A stretch of 63,546 nucleotides of DNA, the filler included, from Octopus bimaculoides (lineage: Eukaryota), in the NCBI RefSeq assembly GCF_001194135.2. It is 6 parts of 6 records of this genome, joined end to end, with 100 filler letters (N's around TTAATTAATTAA, not from the genome) between each part and the next. Parts side by side here need not be neighbours in the genome. Positions count along the whole stretch, not along the records: positions 1 to 13,808 come from NC_068984.1; 5 more parts are not named here. The stretch is one strand, 5' to 3'. Made by a program: the position numbers and the translations under genes. Below the pieces are notes generated by a model. That model saw only the letters and a program-made list of their open reading frames with translations. It did not search any database and was not told the DNA's origin. Of this stretch, positions 1 through 11,480 are shown piece after piece (positions within the stretch are counted from its first letter, which is position 1; every line of letters begins with the position of its first letter).

Positions 1-5
1 TATAC

Positions 6-43
<38 letters not shown>

Positions 44-81
44 TTGTGTGCACATGCATGTGTGTCTATGTATATACTCCC

Positions 82-130
<49 letters not shown>
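1..130. repeat. compound (TA)n/(TG)n/(CT)n microsatellite
   Basis: Directly visible dinucleotide runs. Confidence 0.95.
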
Positions 131-131
<1 letters not shown>

Positions 132-144
132 ATCATCTATCTAT

Positions 145-590
145 GCAGATTCATCAACTGAAAATCCATTTAGTTGGGTAATCAGCCATATAAGCATCAT
201 ACTTATGCATATTATTATTATTCCTTCATTTTCTCAAGAGTGTTGCAATGAAGCTACTACCGAGTTTCACCAACTTCCAACTAACTGAATTATTTCTCTT
301 ACTTTATTAAGGGTCTCTCTTGGCTTCCTGAAATTATGTATGTGCTCTCTATAATGAGATGATATGTAAACACAGACCACCACAGTGACAGTCTTCCCCT
401 TCTTCCCCTTCTTCCCCTCCTCCTCATCCTCTCTCTCTCTCTCTCTCTCTCTCGTCAGCTTCATCAGCTGAAAATTCATCTAGCTGGGTAATCAATCAAC
501 TATGTCAGCATCAGTAGTTTCTCTACATGGCATATTACTCTTCATTTTCTCGAGTATGCTGCCATGAAACTACTTCTTAGCTTCAGTAAA
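145..590. repeat. two diverged direct copies of a ~130-bp unit, each preceded by (CT)n
   Basis: tcatcaactgaaaatccatttagttgggtaatc (151-183) matches tcatcagctgaaaattcatctagctgggtaatc (461-493). ttcattttctcaagagtgttgcaatgaagctact matches ttcattttctcgagtatgctgccatgaaactact. Confidence 0.75.
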
Positions 591-607
591 GCCAATTATT
601 TATTGTT

Positions 608-978
608 GTGCATGGCTCAGTGGTTAGAGCGTTGGGCCCCAAATCATGAGGTAATGTGTTAGATTCCCACACCAGCCTGTGTGTTGTGTTGTTGAGCATT
701 TTTCACATTGCTCCAGTTCACTCAGCTGTAGAAACGAGTTTCAGCATCACTGGTACCAAGCTGTATCAGTCTTTGCCTTTCCCTTGCATAGCATCAGCGG
801 TGTAAAGAGGGGAGGCTGGTATGCATGGGTGCAATCCCATTTCTAGTTGCAATCCCATTTCGTGTTTATGCATGGGTGACTGCTGGCCGTCCATAAACAA
901 CTTTGCCTGGACTTGTGCCTCAGAGGGGAACTTTCTAGGTGCAATCCTATGGTCATTCATTACCGAAGGGTGTTTTTA
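608..978 (+). mobile_element. tRNA-derived SINE (family C)
   Basis: A-box TGGCTCAGTGG and eroded B-box AGATTCC. Related pieces at ~6200-6360 (-) and ~29480-29700 (+). Confidence 0.7.
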
Positions 979-1049
979 TTCCTTTAGATGCACTACCATC
1001 AAGACTAGCTAAAGAAAAAAATGGCAGTTTCTATAATGTTTTCTTGCAG

Positions 1050-1450
1050 ATGACAGTGACTGACATTATTGTGGTTGATGACTTCAGGCAACATGTTGGA
1101 TCACATGAAGATAGCTACTCTGATGTACATGGAGGCTCTATTTATAGTACAAGGAATGAAGTGGAATTTTGTGACACTAATGATCTTGTGACTATTGGTA
1201 ACACTAAATTCTGAAGACTTTTCAGCCACCTAATCACCTACCACTTCGGTGCATACACAAAACAATCTTCATACTTCTATATGGAGAGACATAATTGTGA
1301 CTACTAAGTCCTTCGCTGGTGGATAAAATATCACTTGATGCAAACTAGTGATTAGTGACACCTGAGTAAGAGATAGAACGACCCTAAGACGTAACACAGT
1401 TCTAGAGAAGGAGGGTAAGGGAACTGAAAGATCCCCTTGGCCAAATATAG
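1050..1450 (+). mobile_element. RTE-type LINE, AP-endonuclease remnant
   Basis: DDFRQHVG..DVHGG..STRNE.EFCDTNDLVTIGNTKF*..HLITY resembles GDFNGHVG..HGG.G.G.RN..NT.F..HLITY of RTE endonucleases. Contains stops and frameshifts. Confidence 0.75.
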
Positions 1451-1469
1451 TGACCAAAAAATATTGTTT

Positions 1470-1633
1470 TACACTCTAGGCACAAGGCCCGAAATTCTTT
1501 TTTGGTAGGGGTGCAGTTGATTAGATCAACCCCAGTATGCAACTGGTACTTAATTTATCAGCCGCGAAAGGATGAGAGGCAAAGTTGATCTCAGCGGAAT
1601 TTGAACTCAGAATGTAAAGACAGACGAAATACT
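1470..1633 (-). mobile_element. tRNA-derived SINE (family B), 5'-truncated, CpG-decayed
   Basis: Reverse complement has B-box GAGTTCAAATTCC and 3' end GGCCTTGTGCCTAGAG. Homologous to copies at 58370-59040 and 61735-62351. Confidence 0.85.
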
Positions 1634-1846
1634 GAGTGACCAAGAAATATTGGATGATGATATGTCAAGAGGTAGGAGATAGAAACTTATAATAGAGAAA
1701 ATAATCAGAAGATTCTATGAGACAAACTACTACTAGTATGTTGACCGCAAGCAGAACTATGTTGAAAAATAAACATTATTTGGTCACATTCCATGAGAGT
1801 ATCTTGGTCAGCCCATGAACTTTTCAGCCAACCCTCATGTGTGTGT

Positions 1847-2070
<224 letters not shown>

Positions 2071-2829
2071 TTATAAGCAAATGTATATACATATATATAA
2101 AAAAATACACAAAAAATACAAAAATGGGGCAATAACGCAAAACATCCAGACAGTTAGGTGATACAAAAAAGGGACAACAAAACATCCAGATAGGCGATAC
2201 AAAGTCATTCAGAGTTATCTTTCCTCAGTCAAGTTCCAGATTATCTTTGCAATTTCAGCTGGTTATACTCAAGATTGCTCCAATCTGACCAGCCCCAAGG
2301 AAAAACTAAGCTAAGAGCATTAGATTCCTTGGAAGAAAGCAGCGAACGTATACAAAAACAATTACGGGAAAAAAAAGAAAAATGTTACAGAAATACATAT
2401 ACATATATACATACATATATGCATATATTCAAATATATACAGATACATCTATATATCATATATATGTGCACTTATGTGTGTGAATATGTGTGTACATATG
2501 TGTGTATATATATGTATGTACATGTGTATGTCTATACACATATACACACTGTTAACCTTGAGTTTGTTGGATAGATCACAGGTTTGCATTATTAAGTAAA
2601 AGTGACACTCTATGACAATCCTATTGTATTCGGTATAATAGACTACAACATTGTTGTAATGAGACAGATTCTTGACTATAGTATCAATCAAACATATCCC
2701 TTTAACTAAATCTTAGTAGAAACACAGCTATTTAAGACAATTGTGCAGTAGCATATATGACAGCAATGTGTGATGTAAATGTGCCTGCAGCCTTCATAAC
2801 CTGAGATATTTCAAGTAGTTCTAAATCAC

Positions 2830-2860
<31 letters not shown>

Positions 2861-2940
2861 TATACACTCTCTCACACACACATGCACATACATGTATGTA
2901 TATACACACATACATACTCACATACATACTCACACACACA

Positions 2941-2974
<34 letters not shown>

Positions 2975-3499
2975 TGTTTCTTTATCAAAGCTGATCAGAT
3001 GATATAATTTCTCTTGAAGTGAAGCTATTTTTATAATCTCTTAAAGTTACCACAGATATGATAGACAGTGATATATCTGCTGCTCCCTGATTACGATTTC
3101 TCTATTAGCTGCTTTAATTAACTTATTGATTTTACTTGTAAGCTGATTGTAAAGTGTAATGTTTCTAACATTTGCACATTTACAAATTTTATTATGGCTT
3201 TAATCCTCTTCCACCACTCACAATCTCTCAGCTTCTTCTAGAATTCATATGTAACTTAATAAGAAACATTTCTAATATTTATTCCAGTTATAAATATCAT
3301 GATGTATTGTTCAGAGATATTTCCAAGGAGACAAAGTCTTGAAAAAGGATTCAGTATAAAGAAGATTAGAGCGAGTAAAATTTATATAAATCTAATAAGA
3401 TATTCATTGATATATATATATATATATAAATAATATATGAGTATATGCATATATATGTACATGTATGTACATACCTTCATCTACATGTATGTACATACC

Positions 3500-3805
3500 T
3501 TCATCTACATGTATATATAGATGCATATCCGGGTACATGACGTTGCAAAAAAAAACATGGACAAAATGATAAACAAGGTATAGAAAACACACAGGCCACA
3601 TAGAGAACATTTCCTTCATCAGCTGCCACCATTATAACACTGGCGTTTCAAAGAGTTAGGGCAGGACGCATCGTTACAATGGCTCTTCCCACGGACACAA
3701 ATTAAATTTGTTCCATGGAGGAATGTAGTGGCGGACAGAAAACAAGACAGGAAAATGAAACAGTGAAATAAACAACACAGAAGGCTGTACAGCCAGACGT
3801 GAAAG
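3500..3805 (-). mobile_element. dispersed repeat, same family as 32545-32670 (Penelope pLTR/retrozyme-like, inferred)
   Basis: gggtacatgacg..ggacaaaatg.taaacaaggt..caggccacataga.aacat..ccttcatcagct is shared with 32575-32667. Confidence 0.6.
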
Positions 3806-3841
3806 AGTATGCATATATGTATATACATACATACATATACA

Positions 3842-3873
<32 letters not shown>

Positions 3874-3899
3874 TGTGTGTGTGCGTAAATACATATATA

Positions 3900-4806
3900 T
3901 GAGGTGGTATCAAAAGGTTCCAGGACTAGTTATGTTTAACAAAACATAACGTATTTACCAAAGTTTTAACATCATCTCTTTTGAAATAGTCACCTTGCAC
4001 AACAATACGCCAATCCCGGCGTTCTTGCCACTTTTGGAATCCGGCCAGGGAGTTGTTTTCCATAAGTAAATTGAGGACCTTCTGCGATTTGCTCTGGATC
4101 TCGACAACGGTGTTAAAACAGCGACCTTTGAGCTGCATTTTCATTTTGGGGGAGAATTGGAAATCCACAGGTGCTAAATCTGATGAATAGGGCAGGTGTA
4201 GAAGCAATACCATATTGTTTTGGCAAGCAACTCAGGAGTGAGGAGAGCTCGGGGAAGAATCCAATTCTTTGTGCTCCACAGATCTGGTCGCTTTCACCAG
4301 ATGTCCTCCCTCAAATGCTTCAAAATAATGCAGTACAACTTTCAACTGATGGTCTGGCCCTGGGGGACAAACTCTCAATGCACAATACCACATTTCCAGG
4401 GGGTGATGCTGATGGCAGGTCTTCCAAATCATTCATCATCTACCAGGTATGTTCTTCTGCTTTTGAAGCACCCGTGTCACTCAAGACATTGCGTATGATC
4501 CATTGCCTCATGACTGTAAGCTTTCTGAAGCATTCTCCGTGTCTCTGTAACAGACTTCCCAAGTTTAATGCAAAATTTCATGTTGGCTCTTTGTTCCAAC
4601 TTCCTGCCCATGACAAAAATCGCAGACTACAACATACACATGATCGCCAAAACACAAAATTCACAACTTGCAAAGTAAACACAGCAATGTCACTCAGCAC
4701 ACTGCCTCATGAAGGTTACTTCCAGCTCTCACTGTGGATGCAACTGTGTGCTGCCATCTGTTGGCGCATTACGGAACTAGTCCAGGAACTTTTTGATACC
4801 ACCTTG
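3900..4806 (-). mobile_element. internally deleted mariner element with intact TIRs
   Basis: TIRs TA|tgaggtggtatcaaaaggttccaggactagt (3900-3930) and actagtccaggaactttttgataccaccttg|TA (4776-4806). Minus-strand MGRKLEQRANMKFCIKLGKS (ATG at 4611) ... GIVH*EFVPQGQT ... LPYSSDLAPVDF. The central WVPHEL/first-D region is missing. Confidence 0.92.
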
Positions 4807-5119
4807 TATTACACCCTTGGACCAATCAAAGTCTTCAAGATGGATTTGCTGGATGGAAATTGAATGTATATCTGTGTGCATGTTAGGTTCTTGTTTGTGC
4901 CTCCTTGACTTGACATTTTGTGATAGTTGTAAATAAGTGTCACCATCATTCCCCATAGCCAGACATGTTTCTTTAGAATATTAGAAACAAATGACACTGC
5001 TTGTATGACAGTGAAACTCATTTACAACTATCATGAGATGTCAAAACAAGGAGACAGAAGCATACACATACACTCATGCATACATATGTTGTTGTTGTTT
5101 TTGTTGTTGTTGTTTTTCC

Positions 5120-5423
5120 TTTTTTCCCCTTGTGGAGCATAGGGCCGGTTTCCTAGTTTCCATGGCGTACATGTTTCCCCCTAGCTGGACGGGATTCCAG
5201 GATTCCAGTCCATTGCAGCTTTTACTCAAGAAACAGGAAGAAAGAGTGAGAGAAAATTGGGGCGAAAGAGTACAACAGGGGTCGCCACCACCCCCTGATG
5301 GAGTCTCATGAAGCTTTAGGTGCTTTCACTCAATAAACACACACAACACTCGGTCTGGGAATTGAAACCGTGATCCTCCGACCGCGAGTCAGCTGCCTTA
5401 ACCACTGGGCCATTGTGCCTCCA
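5120..5423 (-). mobile_element. tRNA-derived SINE (family D), near full length
   Basis: Reverse complement begins TGGAGGCACAATGGCCCAGTGGTTAAG (A-box) then GGTTTCAATTCC (B-box). Body contains ctgcaatggactggaatcc..cccgtccag; the tail runs into (AAC)n. Confidence 0.8.
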
Positions 5424-5549
5424 CCCTACATATGTACATACACATATATTTATATACACACATATACATATACATGCATATATATGAATTTGTATATTTA
5501 TATATATATATACCCATATACATACATGTGTGTATACACACATAACCAA

Positions 5550-5583
<34 letters not shown>

Positions 5584-6844
5584 TCAAACATGCTCACTTA
5601 CGCACACACACAATGAATTTCTTTCAGTTTCCATCCACCTAATCTATTCCCAAGCCTAGAATTTTGGTCACTTCTTTACCCAACTACCATCATCTATGTA
5701 TATATCTATGCAGCCCTGTCTCTTTCACACTACAATACATTCCTCTTATAACAAATTTTTCTCACAGCTCATTTGTGCTTTGTCATTCATGCAGACAAAC
5801 GTTACACATCCAGCAAAGCATGTTTGCTTCATTTCTTATCAGCCTTAACACCTTTTGCAATGTGAGTACAATGAATGCATGCACACACACACACATATTG
5901 TGCATTAGGCTTAGTCAAATTGATTATACACCTATTCGTAACAGCCAAGTGAAGTATTTGGTGAATCTGATCTGCAGTCGAACTGGATTGATAGAGTATA
6001 TATCCCTAACAGTGAAGTACAGTGGTCTCAAATAGCCAAGTGAATTGAAGTGATTTAGAGTGAAGTGTGCAGGCCTTCTTCTTGTTCTTCTTGTGAGTCG
6101 CTTGAGTCTGAGAAAGACAGTTCCACAATTTCTTGCTGAACAGTCTGCACAATTTATTTGTTTCTAACGAACAAATGTTTGTCTTACCCCTTAGCTCACT
6201 GCTTCCATCAAATCAATATTGCCTATACTGGTGTATGGTGTGCCACAAGTCAGGTATCAAAGTGATTGCAGAGCAATGTGAGATGAAGAGTTTTGCTCGA
6301 GAACACAATGCACTACCTGGACCAGGAAGCAAAACCACAACCTCACAATTATGTCCTGTTCAGAAACCCTGCAAAAATCTTGTAGCCATTTTGAACACAC
6401 AATCCCTGTGTCCAATACATTATCAACTCATAAATAATTTTTCTATTTAGAAATAGATATGTACATAATTAGTAATGATTACACAATAATAACAAACACC
6501 TTAATTAACGAGCACTATATTTTGATTGATTTTCAGCTCAATTAAATAAAAGATTTTATTCTAATAAATTTTTAACTTAATTAAATATTTATTGTCACTG
6601 TAAACAGATATATGGAGTACAGAATCTTATCTCAAGTAGTAGGAAGAATAGCAACGACAACAATATTAAATATATCTATTAATTAAATTACATTAATAAC
6701 ATCCAATGATATATATGAATGTAAAACCATAATTACAATGGAAAATGGAAACATATTTCATAATAACAATAAAAAAGCACACACATAAATACATGAATAC
6801 ACACATACATATACACATACTTATACACATAAGCTTATGTGCAA

Positions 6845-7220
6845 GTATAGCTGTATGATTAAGATGTTTTCTTCCAATTTTTTGGTTCCAGGTTGAGTTC
6901 CATGGCTTGGTACTTTGGACAAGTGTCTTCTAGAATAGCTTTATATTCACCAGTATCTTGTGAATGGAACTTGGTGGACAGAAACTGTCTGGAAGCCAGT
7001 TGTGTATTGATATTGTATGATGGTTGTGTCACAGTCATACAATCTATGTCATTTGTTTCTAGTTTTATGCAGGAATATGTCTAATCAAGAAGAAATATTG
7101 CTTTGCTTGGAAACAGGTGAGGGTTGGCAGAAGGAAGGGCATCCAGCTGTAGAGAACCTGCCTCAACAAATTTTGTCTGACCTATGCAAATATTAGAAAG
7201 TGGATGTTAAAATATTGATA
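6845..7220 (+). mobile_element. decayed SINE family A head plus family E segment
   Basis: ggtactttggacaagtgtcttctagaatagc..ggacagaaactg resembles 56260-56340. aggaagggcatccagctgtaga is shared with ~8028-8050. Confidence 0.6.
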
Positions 7221-7716
7221 AATGTATAGATATATATATGTGTGTATGTATGTATGTATGTATGTATGTATGTATGCATGTATGTATGTGTATATGTATG
7301 TATGTATGTATGTATGTGCATATGTATGTATGTATGTATGTGCATATGTATGTATGTATGTGTGTATGTATGTATGTCATTATTCAGTTTTATTTCAAAA
7401 TAAAATAAATGAATATTTTATTTTTGTTTTTTTGATTATATGACAAATTTTATTTCCCTTATAATGACAAAAATATTAGTAATGTATGTTCAAAGCATTG
7501 TTAAAGTCGACCCCAACAATCTGGAATAACAAAAATTGGCAGGTCAGATTATTAGATGTATAGTAATGACATACTAAAGTTACAATAATCTAGGAAAAAC
7601 TTTTGGAATGCACCATGTAACATAACTGATTTGTACACAACATTACACAACTCTGATGTGGCACTACATTATTACACAACACAACACAACACTGCATAAT
7701 ATCATGTTGTATCACT

Positions 7717-8172
7717 AAGGCAGTGAGGAGGCAGAATTGGGAGCCTGCAGGAAAAATGCCTGGTGGCATTTTGTCTGCCCTTATATTCCAAGTTCAGATT
7801 CCACTGAGGTCGAGTTCACCTTTCATTCTTTTGAAGTCAATAAAATAAGTACTAGTTAAACACTGGGGTTCAATGAAATTGACTTACACCCTCCTTGAAC
7901 TTGCTGGCCTTGTGCCAAGATTTTTAACCAATATTACACTGTAGAAGACACGTCCACCACAGCAAAATTGATACTGGTGCTGGAGTCACATGAAAAGCAT
8001 CTAGTACACTCTGTGGAGTGGTTGGCATTAGGAAGGACATCCAGCTGTAGAAAGACCATGCCAGAACAGACAATGGAGCCTAGTGCAGACCTTGGCCTTA
8101 CCAGCTCTGGTCAAACTGTCCAGCTCATGCCAGCATGGAAAACAGACATCAAATGATGATGATGATGATGAT
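7717..8172 (+). mobile_element. SINE family B copy followed by a family E 3' segment with (GAT)n tail
   Basis: aagttcagattccactgaggtcgagttcacctttcattc..ggccttgtgcc, then gaaggacatccagctgtagaaag..ccagcatggaaaacagacatcaaatgatgatgat. Confidence 0.7.
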
Positions 8173-8254
8173 TAAACTATAAACACTTCACTTCATATTA
8201 CACAAATAAAAAACTATTAAATAATAATGCTCTTTCAGCAACAGCACCACAGCA

Positions 8255-8335
8255 ACAGCAAAAACAACAACAGCAAAAACAACAACAGCAAAAACAACAA
8301 CAACAAAAACAACAACAGCAAAAACAACAGCAGTA
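8255..8335. repeat. 15-bp minisatellite (CAGCAAAAACAACAA)n, ~5 copies
   Basis: Visible tandem units. Confidence 0.9.
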
Positions 8336-9479
8336 ACATCAAATTGTCAACGACAACTACAATATCAATAGCCTACAACTGTTAGGCCTACAAATTAAGA
8401 CACATCATTAATATAAATTAATGGAGACTTTTATAGATATTTACGAGGCTGGATATAAAATGTTGTCAAGCTAACAATAAAGCAGCCTAAATTATATTTC
8501 ATAAATCATTAATTTCTCTCTAATTATATTCTATAAAAATATATGGTTATTTTAAACTGCAAAATAAATTAGTCAGTAGAATTTGAAATATCATTACTTC
8601 AATCAAACAAACATATATAGAATCACTTGTTTCTTAGCTAAAGCAGGAAATGAGCTAATCTAGGAAGACTTTATGTGGTAGTTCAATCTGCTAAAAACAG
8701 CAGTTAAATCACCCTCAAATCATATCTTTTCAGATTAGAAAAAGAACGAACACTTTGTATGTTGTTTTAGAAACACTAAAGTCTTCTTAGCCATAAAGAA
8801 GTAATTAAAATAAAATTATAATTAATCTCTCTAGAACTAAATGGATCTAAATTGTTTTAACTTCACTAAAGATCAAACAAAAAGATCAAACACTAAAGAT
8901 CAAACAAAAATTACTGACACACTTTTCATTAAAAAAGATTTTTTTTAAATAAATAATTTAAAGTGAAACATTTAAAAAAAAAAATATTTAGAAAATTATT
9001 GCTCATCTTGCTTAATAATCATACTTGTAATTAACATAATTATGAATAACACATTTTTGAGAATGCTCAAGCATTAAAATGAATTTTCTAAGATATTAAA
9101 TTCGTCATCATTGTTTTAACATCCACTTTTCCATGTTTGCATGGGTCAGATGAAATTCATTGAAACAGATTCTCAATGACCAGATGCCCTTTTCATTGCC
9201 AACCCTCACCTGTTTCCAAGTAAGACTAGAAATGAGAGACATTGCTTGTACGATGGTGACACTTGTTTATAACTATCACATGATGTCAAGACAAGGAGAC
9301 ATAAACACACACACATCCAGTGTGAAATTTAAGATTTCTCAGTTTTCTGTGAATTGATTTTGATAAAACTTTTCCAGCTGGTTTGCATACTATAGCAACA
9401 CCATTGTTATGTTTTCATTATTCTGTGTAACGTCCTTTCTTTTTCAGATTCTACAGTTTTTAGGTGAACCACACTAATA

Positions 9480-10135
9480 GCATCTCTCCTGTAAGAACAA
9501 TGGGACATAGAAAAGGCCTTAATGATGAAGAAGAGTTTGTCGTCATCAAGGAAAGTGCTAGAGGCACCTCTCTTCATGTCATTGTGGAGAAATTAAGTAT
9601 TCATGTGGACATGGTTAGACGATCCCTGAAGGACTCTTTGGGACCTCCAAGACTGTGACAGCTAGGGATTTAAGGAATGTTGGGGGCAAGTTACCTGGGA
9701 AACCTTGACAAACAAGCAAAGCTATTTTCATCGCCTCCAAACTTCTTCATGTACTGAAAACCATTTGAAATAGCATCTGAGGATTCCAGCCCACAACATG
9801 ACTCCTCCACCCTGTTGTTGATGTCATAAACGTTGGTGACGTTCATCTTCAAAATAGACCCAACCATTTGCTCAGCCATCAGGTATGTCAAGGAGCGCCC
9901 TAGTTTAGTCAGTGAACAGAACACAAACGCATGTCTAGCATCATGTACTTGTGGGCCCAGTGAAGCCTCAGACTCTGAGGCATTAAAGGAGGCAGTTTCA
10001 TTAAGGACAGACTTGTTGGCCCAGTCAGGGTACCTGAAGGTATTAAAGTGACCACAGCCACCTACTGCAATCTCCTGAAGGAGGTCTTGGATCCCTGGCT
10101 AGATGACATACTGCTGTCACTTCTAAGGAAAAACG
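9480..10135 (+). mobile_element. Tc1-family transposase remnant with internal inversion (~9783-9998)
   Basis: Plus: MGHRKGLNDEEE..TSKAIF..VLKTI*NSI. Minus: PPL..RLHWAHKYM..VLFTD..PDG*ANGWV..QQQGGGVMLWAGI. Plus again: IKDRLVGPVRVPEGIKVT..YCNLLKEVLDPWLDD. Confidence 0.85.
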
Positions 10136-10443
10136 TTTCATTAAAATATTCAAACCTGTTCTGAACAGAAATAACAACAATAATATAACAACCAGTAATG
10201 ATGTGGATTAAAAAATATCTTTAACATATGAATATAAACAAATTACAGAAGACTCCCACCAATTGAAATAAAAACAATTGAAACCAACTAAGTTTGCTCA
10301 CTCATAAAACCATTACATGTAAACTGCAAGCTAATTGGTTAAAATAGAGGTGGGATCTATGCCAGTAATATTGGTGCACCTGGAAAACTGTGACGTTTAA
10401 GCTGCATGCTAATTGGTCAAAACCTCTATTTAACCATCTCACA

Positions 10444-10495
10444 TCGGCTCTGATGAAGGGATATCCATAATATCCCAGAAACAGCTGTAAGGCTT
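10444..10495 (+). ncRNA. minimal type I hammerhead ribozyme motif (Penelope pLTR-type)
   Basis: CGGCT-CTGATGA-A-GGGATAT ccata ATATCCC-A-GAAAC agct GTA-AGGCT. 7-bp stem II, palindromic stem III (ACAGCTGT), GUA cleavage triplet, stem I 3 of 4 pairs. Confidence 0.75.
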
Positions 10496-10732
10496 TATCT
10501 ATACTTTTTTCTTTATAAATGTCCTGAAAACTCCTCACAGCCTTGGCTTTGTTACCTCATTCTGTCTAATAGATATATGCATGCTAATACAAGACCCCCA
10601 TTAGACTCCTCACTCATATCACTATCGAACCAAGAGTTTAACTACGGTCTGTCCATAGCACTTACTTAGCGTTACCTGCCACTCTTTGGGTCTTCTAGAT
10701 ACCAATACCAATAGGCAAATAACAGACATGGT

Positions 10733-10763
<31 letters not shown>

Positions 10764-11169
10764 ATATGTATGTATATTAAAGGGTCTCTCCAAAAATATA
10801 TACACACTTTAATGGCTGATAACTCAAATTACATTTATTTTTAGATTTAACCCATTAGAAATAATGGATGGAGCCAGACAAAGCAAACTTCTTGACTACA
10901 CAATCATGTCTGTTATTTGCCTATTAAGCTCCCACCTTGCATGGTCCTCACTGGTCATTATTTACACCATGTTTTCTTAGCAGTTACCAAACCACAGAGT
11001 GTGAAACTCCAGCAAATGACCTTCTCCAGATCAATGAGTGCCAAGCTGAGTGCTTACTCTAAGATGAGAACTACTCTTATAGTTGTCTCACTAAGGAAGG
11101 AAATATCAGTGCTATTCCATGATGGCACAAACCCAACTACATCTCACTTAAGTTAATTATCTTCCTAAT

Positions 11170-11480
11170 TAATCAATCAAAATTCTTCCTGTTTGTTACT
11201 TTTGTAATTTGGTTCATTAGTTTGGTACCCCTATAATTGCTTCTTTCCAGAGCATCTTTGCTCTTGTTGATGATAATGGTATGCCAGTCATTGGGTATAA
11301 GACCTCTTTATATTTCCTTATTGCTTATCTGAGTGACTAGTATGATCCTTGCCTGATAAGAAGAGAGATCTTTGATGGTAGACAAATTGTTGCTTGATAT
11401 CTGTTTCCAGCATCTTAAATGAAGGCAGTTTGCTTGATCATTTGATGATGATCAAAAGGTTCTTAAATATGGCCAAGACA
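11170..11480 (-). mobile_element. RTE-type LINE fragment (start of RT region)
   Basis: Minus-strand GLIPNDWHTIIINKSKDALERSNYRGTKLMNQITKV resembles G.IP.DW..S.IV..YKGKGDALE..NYRGIKL. Confidence 0.75.

Noticed and set aside
250-470. Hammerhead from CTGATGA/CTGACGA (452-467, minus) and GAAAC (~264-268, minus)
   Set aside because: Stem II cannot form and the spacing at the cleavage site is off by one base.
2195-2232. CTGAGGA-A-AGA taac TCT-GAAT (minus)
   Set aside because: GAAT instead of GAAA, and no stem III or NUH site.
4171-4863. 230-aa plus-strand ORF
   Set aside because: Antisense to the mariner transposase remnant, with no independent coding signal.
10676-10694. 19-nt minus-strand microexon (AG|AAGACC..GGCAG|gtaacg)
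   Set aside because: Weak acceptor, overlaps an inverted-repeat flank, and no partner exons identified.
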